From Thermoanaerobaculia bacterium (lineage in GTDB: Bacteria > Acidobacteriota > Thermoanaerobaculia > UBA5066), in contig CAVRAY010000002.1 of NCBI GenBank assembly GCA_963719225.1, positions 608,001-672,000 of the forward strand: 64,000 nucleotides of DNA, read 5' to 3'. The notes under the pieces were generated by a model. That model had not been told where the DNA came from, ran no database searches, and saw nothing but the letters and a program-made list of their open reading frames with translations. The position numbers were made by a program, and so were the translations under genes. Numbering within the stretch: position 1 is the first letter of the stretch; the number at the start of each line of letters is the position of its first letter. This document shows positions 50,051 to 60,169 of the stretch, piece by piece.

Positions 50051-50111
50051 GTGTACTCCTGTGGGCACGACGTGGGGACCGATCCTACGCCGTCGCGGGA
50101 CCCGCGAGGCG

Positions 50112-51314
50112 TCAGCGGCGCGTCGGGTCCAGACGCCAGACCGTGCGTCCCTTCCGGACCTCCTCGACGACGCGGAGCTTCGCGTGGCGTGCCGGGTCCG
50201 CGGCGGTCGGGTCCTCCGAGAGGACGGACATGTCGGCCGGCCGGCCAGCTTCCAGCACGGCCTTCCCGGAGAGCACATCCGCGACGAGGGCCCGGAGGGC
50301 CTCGGAACCCGGCTCGCGCGGGGCGGGAGGTGGAGGAGCCGCTGCCGCGACCGCGGGAGCCGGCACGGGCGCGGGCGCGGGGGGAGGAGCGGGAGTCGGC
50401 GTCGGTGTCGCCGCGACCGCGACGGCGGCGGGGGCGGCCGCTGGTTCCTCCGGCGCGTTGAGGTGGACGCTCTCGGCGAAGAGGCGAGCGCGCTCCCTCT
50501 CGTCGAGCCGCGGGACGAGCCTCGCGAACGCGGCCGTGTGCGCCGTCCCCTCGAGGACGCCGCTCGGCTCGAAGATGCGCCCCCGGCGCCGGATGACGCC
50601 GCCCTTCGGATCCTTCGTGCGCCAGGAGATCCCGGCCTTCTGGAGGGCGATCGTGTTGTACGCGCCCGCGTCATCCGTGCTCGAGACGACGATGACGGGA
50701 ATCGTCGCGGTGATCGTGTCGAGCTCCTCGCGCGTCGGGGGCCTCTTCTCCTCGAGCTTCGTGACGTCGTAGCCGAAGCCGAGGACGACGCGGTGCCTCC
50801 TCGGGAGGCTCGAGCGGAGCATCCACGCCCGGAGCGTGTCGCGAAGCGACCGGATCGTGTATGGAAGGCCGGCCGGCGGGGGGGACAGGTCCGCCGCGAG
50901 GTCCCTCAGGGGCGGCGCGGGTGCCGAGGGGGGCGGCGGCGGCGTGCGCCTCGGAACCCGCACGGGCGCGGTGCGAGCACCCGCGGCCGCCGGCTTCTCG
51001 ATCTTCCGCTCGCTGCCACGGGGCGGGACCGCCGCGGCCCGGGCGAGCACGACGACGCCTGCGACGAGCGTCTGCCCGTGCAGGTCGATCGGCAGCGTGA
51101 GCCGGCCCTTCCACTTCCTTTCGACGTCTCCCCTCGTCCCGAGGGCGGCGATCCTGCCGTCCTTGACCGCGAGCGCTTCCGGCCGGACGCCTCCGCCCGC
51201 GAGGATCGGACCGCCGTACCAGATGAAGTCCGCGTTCTGGGCGCGCGCCGGGGCTGCGGGAGCGGCCGCGAGAAGGGCGGCGAGAGCGGCGGCGGGGGTC
51301 GAGCGGCGCGGCAC
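50112..51314 (-). CDS. Truncated YtcJ/amidohydrolase-3-like secreted protein lacking metal ligands
   Basis: AD.I..GG.I, EALAVKDGRI.A.G, IDL.G.T, PTR.ELD, N..AL..AGI, P.GG.I.R, LE.GR.AD..VL..DP; Pro-rich replacements. Confidence 0.7.
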   Translation of the reverse strand: MPRRSTPAAALAALLAAAPAAPARAQNADFIWYGGPILAGGGVRPEALAVKDGRIAALGTRGDVERKWKGRLTLPIDLHGQTLVAGVVVLARAAAVPPRGSERKIEKPAAAGARTAPVRVPRRTPPPPPSAPAPPLRDLAADLSPPPAGLPYTIRSLRDTLRAWMLRSSLPRRHRVVLGFGYDVTKLEEKRPPTREELDTITATIPVIVVSSTDDAGAYNTIALQKAGISWRTKDPKGGVIRRRGRIFEPSGVLEGTAHTAAFARLVPRLDERERARLFAESVHLNAPEEPAAAPAAVAVAATPTPTPAPPPAPAPVPAPAVAAAAPPPPAPREPGSEALRALVADVLSGKAVLEAGRPADMSVLSEDPTAADPARHAKLRVVEEVRKGRTVWRLDPTRR

Positions 51315-51394
51315 GGGGCGCCGATGGTAACGCCGCCCCGCCGCGCGGGCGAGTCGGCCCGGAGCGACACGGCTGGTGAGAGAATTGGGTACAG

Positions 51395-53647
51395 GTGGCG
51401 CAGTTCCGTTCGGGCGAAGAGCTGTCCCTGCCCGCGCTGGCACGGACGCAGGGATTCGCCTCCGACAGGTTCACGGTCGTCGACGTCATTCGCGGCGGGA
51501 TGGGCGTCTGCGCGAAGGTCCGTCAGGGCCAGGGCCCCTCGTTCGCCATGAAGGCCCTGCCCGCGGGCGGCAAGGAGGGCGAAGCGTTCGAGCGGTTCCT
51601 CGTCGAGCTGCAGACGTGGCTCAAGCTCTCCGCGTGCGACGGCATCGTCGAGGCGCTCTGCGTCTTCCCGTATCAGGACACGCCGGTCGTCTGCTCGCGC
51701 TGGATGTCGGGCGGGAACCTGAGGCCCCACCTCGCGGACAAGGATCCCGAGCACTTCTACCGGACGATCCTCAGGATCGCCGGGGCGCTCGAATGGGCGT
51801 ACCGCGAGCACGGGATCCTGCATCGCGACCTCAAGCCCGAGAACATCCTGATCGACGACCTCGACCGCGCGGCGGTGTCGGACTGGGGGATCGCGGGCAC
51901 CCGTGGCGACGACGTGGCCGGCGCGGCCGACGGGTCGATGGTCATCTACGGGACTGCGGCGTACGCGTCGCCCGAGCAGCTGCTCGGCGGCGTCCCGCTC
52001 GACGTCCGGTCCGACATCTACAGTCTCGCGTGCGTCATGTACGAATGGGAAAGGGGCCGTGTCCCGTTCACGGGCGACTGGCACGAGATCCGGACGGCGA
52101 AGATCAGAAACGAGCCGCCCCGCATCGCGTCCGGGATCTTCCGCCGTTCGAGCCTCGGCGCCGACGAGATCATCACGCGCGGCCTCGAGCGCGAGCGGCA
52201 CGGACGCTACCCGGACTGGAAGTCCTTCATCACGGACCTCGTGAACGCCGCCCAGAGGCGCGACCTGAAGATCGGGCGCTTCATCCCGAGGATGCGCTAC
52301 CAGGCCTCGGAGGTGCGCGGCGAGGTCCTGCGCGCGAAGGTCACGAAGGGCGCCGTCGTGACGGGTCGCGGAGGGCCGTCCGTCGACGTGCGCGGAGCCC
52401 GGAAGGAGCTCGACGAGGCGCTCCGCCTGGCCGAGAAGCAGGACTGGGCCGGCGCGGCCGAAATCCTCTCCCGAGTCGTCCTCCCGTCGGTCGTGCGCGA
52501 GATGCCGGACGACCCGCTTCAGCAGACGGCCGCGATCACGCTTGCGCGGGCCCTCCTGAAGCTCGACCATCCGGCGGAAGCGGTCGCGGCGCTCGACCCG
52601 CTGTCCGCGGCGGCCGAGAAGCCCTCGGACCTGTTCGCCCTTCTCGCCGAGGCGCACCTCAGGCTCGGGAACGCGGGCCTCTCGGAGCGCGCCGCGCGCA
52701 CGGGGCTCCTTCTCCACAAGACGGAGCCCGCGCTCCTCGACGTCCTTCTCGCGGCGCAGACCGCCCAGGGGCTCGTGGCGGACGCGGTCGCGACGGCCCG
52801 CCAGCGGCTCGCGGGCCGCCGGGAGGCCGCGACTCTGCTCGACGCGGCCGAGCAGCTGCTGAGCCACGCGGCCGCCGTGCCCGAGACGCGCCTGCCCGAC
52901 TCGCTCGCGAACGTCCACGAGGCTCTCGCTCTCGCGACGGAGGCGCGCGGCCTCGCGCCGCGGGACGCGCGCGCGCGGGTGCTGCGGGCCAAGGCGCTTC
53001 ACGCTCTCGACCGCTTCTCCGACGCGAAGGCGGACCTCGCGCTCGGCCCCGTGAGGATCGACGCGGCCCTGCGCCGCGACGCGGCCGAGGTCGAGGCGCG
53101 CGGCCTCCTGCGCCTGAGGGAGTACGCGGGGTGTCTCGCGCAGTGCAACAAGGCGCTCGCGGCGTTTCCGTCGAGCACGGGCCTCGCGCGGACGCGCGCG
53201 CTCGCGTTCGCCGAGGGATTCGTCCTCGGGGTCGAGACAGGCGGCCGCCGCGCGGTGGATGACGCCGCGATGAGCTTCTTCGAAAGGGCGGTCGCCGATC
53301 CCGATGTCCGCGAGCCCGGGGATTTCGTGACGCTCGCGCGCTACCGCGAGTGGACCGGGCGCGCCGAGGACGGCGTCACGGTCCTGCGCGACGGGAGGGC
53401 GGCGTTCCCGAAATCGTGGGAGATCGCCGTCGCTCTCTCGCGGCTCCTCGAGCGCCGCGGCGAGTTCGAGGAGTCGCTCGAGATCGCGCAGGACGCGGTG
53501 AAATCCGCGCCGTTCCGGCCCGAGGCCTGGCGCGCCCTCGCGGCGGTCAAGAGCGTGCTCGGCCCGAAGGCGGACGCGGACGAGGCGCGGCAGAGGGCGG
53601 TGCAGGTCGAGAAGCGCCTGAAGGCGCTACGCGCGGCGCCCGGCTGA
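51395..53647 (+). CDS. Ser/Thr protein kinase with TPR C-terminus
   Basis: GGMG, AMK, HRDLKPENIL, DWG, GT.AYASPEQ, SDIYSL. Confidence 0.92.
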   Translation: MAQFRSGEELSLPALARTQGFASDRFTVVDVIRGGMGVCAKVRQGQGPSFAMKALPAGGKEGEAFERFLVELQTWLKLSACDGIVEALCVFPYQDTPVVCSRWMSGGNLRPHLADKDPEHFYRTILRIAGALEWAYREHGILHRDLKPENILIDDLDRAAVSDWGIAGTRGDDVAGAADGSMVIYGTAAYASPEQLLGGVPLDVRSDIYSLACVMYEWERGRVPFTGDWHEIRTAKIRNEPPRIASGIFRRSSLGADEIITRGLERERHGRYPDWKSFITDLVNAAQRRDLKIGRFIPRMRYQASEVRGEVLRAKVTKGAVVTGRGGPSVDVRGARKELDEALRLAEKQDWAGAAEILSRVVLPSVVREMPDDPLQQTAAITLARALLKLDHPAEAVAALDPLSAAAEKPSDLFALLAEAHLRLGNAGLSERAARTGLLLHKTEPALLDVLLAAQTAQGLVADAVATARQRLAGRREAATLLDAAEQLLSHAAAVPETRLPDSLANVHEALALATEARGLAPRDARARVLRAKALHALDRFSDAKADLALGPVRIDAALRRDAAEVEARGLLRLREYAGCLAQCNKALAAFPSSTGLARTRALAFAEGFVLGVETGGRRAVDDAAMSFFERAVADPDVREPGDFVTLARYREWTGRAEDGVTVLRDGRAAFPKSWEIAVALSRLLERRGEFEESLEIAQDAVKSAPFRPEAWRALAAVKSVLGPKADADEARQRAVQVEKRLKALRAAPG

Positions 53648-53653
53648 GCGCGC

Positions 53654-54358
53654 TTAGAGGAAGCGGCGGACGGCGTCCTTCCAGAAGGGCCAGTCGTGGC
53701 CGAAGACGCCGGGCCAGAACTCGGCGTGGACCCGCTGGCCCTGCCGCGCGAGGAGATCCGCGAAGTCGCGGTTCTCGCGCACGAGGGAGTCCTGCTCGCC
53801 GGTCGCGACGACCCACTCGACCTGGCGGAGCTTCTCCTTCCACCCGTCGTCCATGTTCGCGATGTACGCGGAGGGCGTGTGGTAATAGCAAAGGTCGTCC
53901 CAGTACCCGTCGAGGTAGCGCGACACGTCGTAAAGCCCCGAGAAGCAGATCGCCTTCGTGACGCGCCCGGGATAGCGGCCCGCGAGGTTCGCGGCGTGGT
54001 ACGCGCCGAAGCTCGCCCCGAGCGTGACGACGTTCCCGCCGGCGCGCCCTTCGATGAGGGGGAGCATCTCGTCGCGGAGATAGCGGTCGTAGTCGTCGTG
54101 CCGGCGCGCGCGGTCGCGCGGGGAGATCCTCTTGTCGTACCAGCCCTCGTTGTCGACGGAGTCGACGCAGACGAGCTGGAGCCACCCGGAGTCGACCTTT
54201 TCCGCGAGGGCGCCGACGAGGCCGAAGTCCTCGTTCTGGTAGAAGCGGCCCGCGGACGTCGGGAAGATGAGGACCGGCCGGCCGCGGTCTCCGAACCAGA
54301 GGTATTCCATCGGCCGGCCGAGGGAGGCGCTCCGCCATGAGCCGTATTCGCGCTTCAT
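53654..54358 (-). CDS. Putative esterase (alpha/beta fold)
   Basis: FG..G.PVL.FPTS.GRFY, CVDSVD.E.W, GASFGAYHA, GHDWP.W. Confidence 0.88.
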   Translation of the reverse strand: MKREYGSWRSASLGRPMEYLWFGDRGRPVLIFPTSAGRFYQNEDFGLVGALAEKVDSGWLQLVCVDSVDNEGWYDKRISPRDRARRHDDYDRYLRDEMLPLIEGRAGGNVVTLGASFGAYHAANLAGRYPGRVTKAICFSGLYDVSRYLDGYWDDLCYYHTPSAYIANMDDGWKEKLRQVEWVVATGEQDSLVRENRDFADLLARQGQRVHAEFWPGVFGHDWPFWKDAVRRFL

Positions 54359-54457
54359 GGGCGCGGAGTCTAAAGGAGCGCGCCATGTGGGAATTGGGAT
54401 TCCACATTTGCGAATGAGACTCGCCAAAAGCGTAAGATTCCGCTCGAGGGCGGGAGC

Positions 54458-55603
54458 ATGCCGGGAACGGGCGGTGAAACGTCCACGGGCCCCTTCGGAG
54501 AGCGCTTCGGCGCGCTTCTCGAAGCCGCTCCCGACGCGATGGTCATCGTGGACCACGAGGGCCGGATCGTGCTCGTGAACCGGCAGACGGAGCGCCTGTT
54601 CCAGTGGGGACGCGCCGAGGTGATCGGGCAATCCGTCGAGATGCTCGTGCCCGACCGGTTTGGCGGCACGCACGCGCTCCACCGCGCCGGCTACTTCGCG
54701 TCGCCGCGCACCCGGTCCATGGGATCGGGGCTCGATCTCTTCGGCCGCCGCAAGGACGGAACGGAATTCCCGGTCGAGATCAGTTTGAGCCCGCTCGAGA
54801 CCGAGGAAGGCGTCCTCGTGACCGCCGCGATCCGGGACAGCTCCGAACGGATCGGACAGATGCGGAAGATCCAGGAGGCAAACCGGCTCAAGAGCGAGTT
54901 CCTCGCGAACATGTCGCACGAGCTCAGGACTCCGCTCAACGCGATCATCGGCTTCTCGGAGCTCCTCTACGACGGCAAGGCCGGCCCGACGACCGCCGAA
55001 CAAAGAGAGTATCTCGGCGACGTCCTCTCGAGCGCGCAGCATCTCCTCCAGCTCATCAACGACATCCTCGACCTCTCGAAGGTCGAGGCGGGGAAGATGA
55101 CGCTCCGCTTCGAGCCGGTCGACGTCGCCCGTCTCGCCGCCGACGTGAGGGACACGCTCGGGGCGTTCTCCTCGGCGAAGAAAGCGGCGATCACGATCGA
55201 CGTCCCGCCGGAACTCGGCGTCGTCGAGGCGGACGCCTCGAAGCTCAAGCAGGTCCTCTACAACTACGTCTCGAACGCGCTGAAATTCGGCCCCGACGGG
55301 GTTCGCGTGACGGTGCGCGCGCGGCGCGACGGCCCGGACTCGTTCCGCGTCGAGGTCGCCGACGAGGGGATCGGCATCCGCCCCGAGGACGTGCCGCGCC
55401 TCTTCACCGAGTTCCTGCAGCTCGACGCCGGGGCGGCCAAGAAGTATCCCGGGACGGGGCTCGGGCTCGCGCTCACGAAACGCATCGTGGAAGCGCAGGG
55501 CGGGCGCGTCGGAGTCGAGTCGCGCTTCGGCGAGGGCTCGACGTTCTTCGCCGTCCTGCCCGTGCGCGCGCCGCCCGGCGGGGAGATGGGCCGTGTCCGC
55601 TGA
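54458..55603 (+). CDS. PAS domain sensor histidine kinase
   Basis: PAS (LLEAAPDAM...GRRKDG.EFPVEISLS); FLANMSHELRTPLNAI; NALKF; D.GIGI; GTGLGL. Confidence 0.95.
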   Translation: MPGTGGETSTGPFGERFGALLEAAPDAMVIVDHEGRIVLVNRQTERLFQWGRAEVIGQSVEMLVPDRFGGTHALHRAGYFASPRTRSMGSGLDLFGRRKDGTEFPVEISLSPLETEEGVLVTAAIRDSSERIGQMRKIQEANRLKSEFLANMSHELRTPLNAIIGFSELLYDGKAGPTTAEQREYLGDVLSSAQHLLQLINDILDLSKVEAGKMTLRFEPVDVARLAADVRDTLGAFSSAKKAAITIDVPPELGVVEADASKLKQVLYNYVSNALKFGPDGVRVTVRARRDGPDSFRVEVADEGIGIRPEDVPRLFTEFLQLDAGAAKKYPGTGLGLALTKRIVEAQGGRVGVESRFGEGSTFFAVLPVRAPPGGEMGRVR

Positions 55604-55976
55604 CAGCGTCCTCATCGTCGACGACAACCGCGCGAACCTGAAGCTCGCACGCGTCGTGCTCTCGGGCGCCGGCTTCGACGTCCACACGGCGTCGGACGCG
55701 GAGGAGGCGCTCGCGGCGCTGCGGACGCTGCGTCCGCGCGTGATTCTCATGGACCTTCAGCTGCCCGGCATGAGCGGGCTCGAGCTCACGCGGCGGCTGA
55801 AGTCGGCTCCCGAGACACGCGCGGTCGTGATCCTCGCGATGACGGCGTACGCGATGAAGGGTGACGAGGCGAAGGCGCGGGAGGCGGGCTGTGACGGCTA
55901 CGTCACGAAGCCGATCGACACGCGGGCGCTCGCGGCGCTCGTCGGGCGCGCGGCGGCAGGCGACGGCTCAACGTGA
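55593..55976 (+). CDS. Single-domain response regulator (DivK-like)
   Basis: LIVDDN, ILMDLQLPGM.G, TAYAM.GD, KPID. Confidence 0.93.
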   Translation: MSADSVLIVDDNRANLKLARVVLSGAGFDVHTASDAEEALAALRTLRPRVILMDLQLPGMSGLELTRRLKSAPETRAVVILAMTAYAMKGDEAKAREAGCDGYVTKPIDTRALAALVGRAAAGDGST

Positions 55977-58009
55977 GAGTCCTCGTCGTGGACGACCTGG
56001 AGATCAACCGCAGGGTCGTGCGCGCGATGCTCCAGGCCGAAGGCTACGACGTCATCGAGGCGGCCGACGGGAGTGAGGCGCTCGAGCGGCTGCGGGCCGA
56101 GAGCGCCGACGCCGTCGTCTGCGACATCCTGATGCCGCGGATGGACGGGTATCGCTTCTGCTACGAGGTCCGCGCGTCTCCCGATCTCCAGAAGCTGCCC
56201 ATCGTCATCTACACGGCGACGTACACGTCCGACTCGGACGAGCGGCTCGCGCTGTCGGTCGGCGCGGACGCCTTCGTTCGGAAGCCCGCGCCGGCTGCGA
56301 AGCTCGCCGAGGCGATCGAGCAGGCGTGCTCCGGCCGCACGGTCCGGCGAGAGCCCGTCCCGCCGGTGAGCGGACTCTCGATCTTGAAGGAGTACAGCGA
56401 GGCGCTCGTGCGCAAGCTCGAGGAGAGAAACCGCGAGCTCGAAGAGACGCGCGACCGGCTCCTGAACGACATCCGGCGGCGCACGGCGGCCGAGGCGGCG
56501 CACCGGCGGGCGGAGGAGCGGTTCCGGCGCCTGTTCGAGTCGAACACGATCGGGATCGCGGTCGCGGACGCGGACGGAAAGGTCACGGAAGCGAACGACG
56601 CCTATCTCGCGATCGTCGGCTTCGCCCGTCAGGAGCTCGAGCGCGGCGAGATCAACCACGCGACCCTCACGCCTCCGGAATATCGCGAGCAGGACGGGCA
56701 GGCCTTCGCGGACCTGCGTCGCACGGGTGTCGCGCCTCTCCGCGAGAAGGAGATCGTCCGCCGCGACGGCACGCGCGTCCCGATCCTCGTCGGCGTCTCG
56801 GCCCTCGGCGAGTCGGAGGGGGCGGTCCTCGGCTACCTCATCGACCTGACGCAGCGCAAGAAGCTCGAGGAGCAGTTCCGCCAGTCCCAGAAGATGGAAG
56901 CCGTCGGGATGCTCGCCGGAGGCGTCGCGCACGACTTCAACAACATCCTGACGGTGATCCTCGGCTTCGGCGACCTTCTCGCAGGGCGCTTCGGCCCGGA
57001 TGATCCCGGCCGCGAGGAGGTTCAGGAGATCCTCCTCGCGGCGAGCCGCGCCACGAGCCTCACGAAGCAGCTCCTCGCCTTCAGCCGGCGCCAGGTCCTC
57101 GAGCCGGCCGTGCTCGACGCCGGCGCGCTCGTGAAAGACGTTCAGCGGATGCTCGGACGGCTCATCGGAGAGGACGTCGCCCTCGAGACGCGCGTCGCCG
57201 CCGAGCCGGGCTGGGTCCTCGCGGACCGCGGCCAGCTCGAGCAGGTGCTCCTGAACCTCGCCGTGAACGCGCGCGACGCGATGCCGAAGGGCGGCCGGCT
57301 CACGATCGAGACGGCGAACGTCGACCTGGACGAAGGCTTCGCGGCCCACAGCGAGGGTGCCGGCGTCGGCCCCCACGTTCTCGTGGCCGTCTCGGACACG
57401 GGCGTCGGCATGGACGCCGCCACGCGCGAGCGCGTGTTCGAGCCGTTCTTCACGACGAAGGAGACGGGGCGGGGCACCGGGCTCGGCCTTTCCACCGTGT
57501 ACGGCATCGTGCGGCAGTCGGGCGGATGGATATGGCTCTACAGCGAGCCGGGGATGGGGACGACGTTCAAGATCTACCTCCCGCGCGTCGCCCCGCCGGA
57601 GACCGACGCGAGGCCGTCCGGGGAACGCGTGCTCTCGAGCGGAGAGGGCGAGACGGTGCTCGTCGTCGAGGACGAGCCCGCGATCCGCGCCCTCGCCTGC
57701 CGTGTGCTCCGGTCGAACGGCTACCGGGTGCTGGATGCGGCGAGCGGGCGGGAGGCCGAGGACACGGCGGCGCGGCACGCCGGCCGTCTCGACGCGCTCG
57801 TGACCGACCTCGTGATGCCGGACACCTCGGGGACGGAGCTCGCCGGGCACCTCGCGGCATCCCGGCCCGGGCTGAAGGTCCTCTTCATGTCGGGTTACAC
57901 GGACGACACCGTCGTCCGGAGCGGCCTCCTGGCCGAGGGTCGCGCCTTCCTGCAGAAGCCGTTCTCCCCGAGGATGCTGCTCGACAAGGTTCGCGAGATC
58001 CTCTCCTGA
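55973..58009 (+). CDS. Hybrid sensor kinase REC-PAS-HisKA-HATPase-REC (CckA-like)
   Basis: [20 protein letters not shown]; NARDAM; FEPFFTTK; GTGLGL; two REC domains. Confidence 0.95.
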   Translation: MRVLVVDDLEINRRVVRAMLQAEGYDVIEAADGSEALERLRAESADAVVCDILMPRMDGYRFCYEVRASPDLQKLPIVIYTATYTSDSDERLALSVGADAFVRKPAPAAKLAEAIEQACSGRTVRREPVPPVSGLSILKEYSEALVRKLEERNRELEETRDRLLNDIRRRTAAEAAHRRAEERFRRLFESNTIGIAVADADGKVTEANDAYLAIVGFARQELERGEINHATLTPPEYREQDGQAFADLRRTGVAPLREKEIVRRDGTRVPILVGVSALGESEGAVLGYLIDLTQRKKLEEQFRQSQKMEAVGMLAGGVAHDFNNILTVILGFGDLLAGRFGPDDPGREEVQEILLAASRATSLTKQLLAFSRRQVLEPAVLDAGALVKDVQRMLGRLIGEDVALETRVAAEPGWVLADRGQLEQVLLNLAVNARDAMPKGGRLTIETANVDLDEGFAAHSEGAGVGPHVLVAVSDTGVGMDAATRERVFEPFFTTKETGRGTGLGLSTVYGIVRQSGGWIWLYSEPGMGTTFKIYLPRVAPPETDARPSGERVLSSGEGETVLVVEDEPAIRALACRVLRSNGYRVLDAASGREAEDTAARHAGRLDALVTDLVMPDTSGTELAGHLAASRPGLKVLFMSGYTDDTVVRSGLLAEGRAFLQKPFSPRMLLDKVREILS

Positions 58010-58086
58010 GTCCCGCGCTCCGCGGCTCGATTGCGGCCCGTCGCGGGCGTCCGCTAGGATGCCGCGCGACAGAGAGGGTCCACGAC

Positions 58087-59040
58087 ATGGCCAAGAAGCG
58101 GATCGGCGTCCTCTTCGGGATGGAAGACACGTTCCCGTGGGCGCTCATGAACGAGATCAACGAGACGGCGAAGCGGAACGGCGACGACGTCGAAGCCGGT
58201 CCCGTGAAGATCTCGTTCCTGACCCAGGAGCAGTCGTTCGAGGACGCCGTGATCCTCGACCGGATCAGCCAGGACGTCCCGTTCTACCGGACGTACCTCA
58301 AGTGCGCGGTCCTTCGCGGCGCGCAGGTCGTGAACAACCCGATCTGGTGGTCCGCGGACGACAAGTACCTCGACAACGTCGTCGCGCTCGCGGCCGGCGT
58401 CGCGGTCCCGAAGACGGTCCTCCTCCCGCACAAGGACCGCCCGCCGGGAACGACCGCGACATCCTTCCGCAATCTCGACTTCCTGGACTGGGACCGCTTG
58501 TTCGGTTATCTCGGCTTCCCGATCTTCCTGAAGCCCGCGAACGGAGGCGGATGGAAGGACGTCTACAAGTGCGACACGGCCGAGGAGTTCTTCGCGGCGT
58601 ACGACAAGACCCGGGACCTCGAGATGATGGCGCAGGAGGCGATCGCGTTCACGGAGTACTACCGGTGCTACGTCGTCGGGCGCTCGCGCGTGAGGATCAT
58701 GCAATACGACCCGCGCGAGCCGCACCACCTGCGCTATTCGGCCGTGCTCGGGAAGCCCGTGCCCGCCGCGATGGCCGAGCGCGTGACGCGCGACGCCCTC
58801 GCCCTCTGCCGCGCGCTCGGGTACGACCTGAACACGGTCGAGTTCGCGGTGCGGGACGGGATTCCCTACGCGATCGACTTCATGAACTGCGCCCCGGACG
58901 CCGAGCGCGCGTCGGTCGGCGAGGAGAGCTTCCAGTGGATCGTGAAGGAGATGGCGGAGTTCCTCATGGACCTCGCGAAGAATCCGCGTCCGTTCGAGGC
59001 GACCGGCACGTGGCCCGCCCTCCTCGGCCTGAAGAAATGA
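58087..59040 (+). CDS. ATP-grasp (RimK/GshB-like) ligase
   Basis: VVNNP.WWSADDK, VPKT.LLP, FLKP..GGGWK.VY, QE.I.F.EY.RCY, NTVEFAVRDG.PYAIDF.N. Confidence 0.88.
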   Translation: MAKKRIGVLFGMEDTFPWALMNEINETAKRNGDDVEAGPVKISFLTQEQSFEDAVILDRISQDVPFYRTYLKCAVLRGAQVVNNPIWWSADDKYLDNVVALAAGVAVPKTVLLPHKDRPPGTTATSFRNLDFLDWDRLFGYLGFPIFLKPANGGGWKDVYKCDTAEEFFAAYDKTRDLEMMAQEAIAFTEYYRCYVVGRSRVRIMQYDPREPHHLRYSAVLGKPVPAAMAERVTRDALALCRALGYDLNTVEFAVRDGIPYAIDFMNCAPDAERASVGEESFQWIVKEMAEFLMDLAKNPRPFEATGTWPALLGLKK

Positions 59041-59056
59041 GCCGGGCGGGCTGACC

Positions 59057-60169
59057 GTGGGGGCGCCCCGCCCGTCCTTCACCCTCGGAATCGAGGAAGA
59101 GTTCCAGATCGTCGACCCGGAGACGCGGGCGCTGAAGGCACACATCCAGGAGCTCTTCGCCGCCGGCGAGCTGCGCCTCAAGGACAAGATCAAGCGCGAG
59201 TTTCACCAGTCCGTCATCGAGGTCGGAACCGGGATCTGCCGGAACATCGCGGAGGCACGCGCGGACGTCACGAACCTCAGGCGCGAGATCGTCCGGCTCA
59301 CGGCCGAAAACGGGCTCGCGATCGGAGCGGCCGGCACGCACCCGATCACGCACTGGTCGCAGATTCCCGTGACGCCGAACCCGCGCTACGAGCAGATCCT
59401 GTACGACCTCGGGGCCGTCGCCCGGGGGAACCTCATCTTCGGCCTCCACGTCCACGTCGCCGTCGAGCACGACGAGACGCGCATCGCGCTCCAGAACGCG
59501 GCGCGCTATTTTCTCCCGCACGTCTTCGCGCTCTCGACGAACTCCCCGTTCTGGTCCGGCCACGAGACGGGCTGGAAGAGCTACCGCGCGAAGGTGTTCG
59601 ACCGGTTCCCGCGGACCGGCATCCCGGACCAGTTCTTCTCGTGGGCGGACTACATGAGCTACGTCGAGACGCTCGTGAAGACGAACTGCATCGACAACCC
59701 GAAGAAGATCTGGTGGGACGTCCGCCCGCATCCGTTCTTCCCGACGCTCGAATACCGGATCTGCGACATCCCGATGCGCGTCGACGAGACGATCTGCCTC
59801 GCGGCGCTGTTCCAGGCGATCACGGTCAAGCTCTGGAAGCTCCACGACCGGAACCTCTCGTACCGCCTCTACTCGCGCGCGCTCATCAGCGAGAACAAGT
59901 ACCGGGCCGCGCGCTTCGGGATCGACGGCAAGCTCATCGACTTCGGCAAGAAGGAGGAGGTGCCGTTCACCGAGCTCCTCGGCGAGCTCCTCGCGTTCGT
60001 CGACGACGTCCTCGACGAGCTCGGCTCGCGCGGCGAGGTCGAGTACGTCCACACGATCGTGAAGCGCAAGACGGGGGCGGACCGGCAGCTCGAGGTCTTC
60101 GAGAGGACGAAGAGTCTTCCGGCGGTCGTGGATTACATCCTCGCGGAGACGCGCCACGGCATCGACTGA
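59057..60169 (+). CDS. Carboxylate-amine ligase (YbdK/GCS2 family)
   Basis: FTLGIEEEFQIVDP, GTHP, FGLHVHV, NSPFW, WWDVRPHP.F.TLE.RICD. Confidence 0.93.
   Translation: MGAPRPSFTLGIEEEFQIVDPETRALKAHIQELFAAGELRLKDKIKREFHQSVIEVGTGICRNIAEARADVTNLRREIVRLTAENGLAIGAAGTHPITHWSQIPVTPNPRYEQILYDLGAVARGNLIFGLHVHVAVEHDETRIALQNAARYFLPHVFALSTNSPFWSGHETGWKSYRAKVFDRFPRTGIPDQFFSWADYMSYVETLVKTNCIDNPKKIWWDVRPHPFFPTLEYRICDIPMRVDETICLAALFQAITVKLWKLHDRNLSYRLYSRALISENKYRAARFGIDGKLIDFGKKEEVPFTELLGELLAFVDDVLDELGSRGEVEYVHTIVKRKTGADRQLEVFERTKSLPAVVDYILAETRHGID

Noticed and set aside
2217-57850. Many very long alternative-frame or antisense ORFs (e.g. 2429-5371, 6609-9254, 44478-47171)
   Set aside because: Shadow ORFs expected at this GC content; Arg/Gly/Pro-rich with no family motifs, and they overlap well-supported genes.
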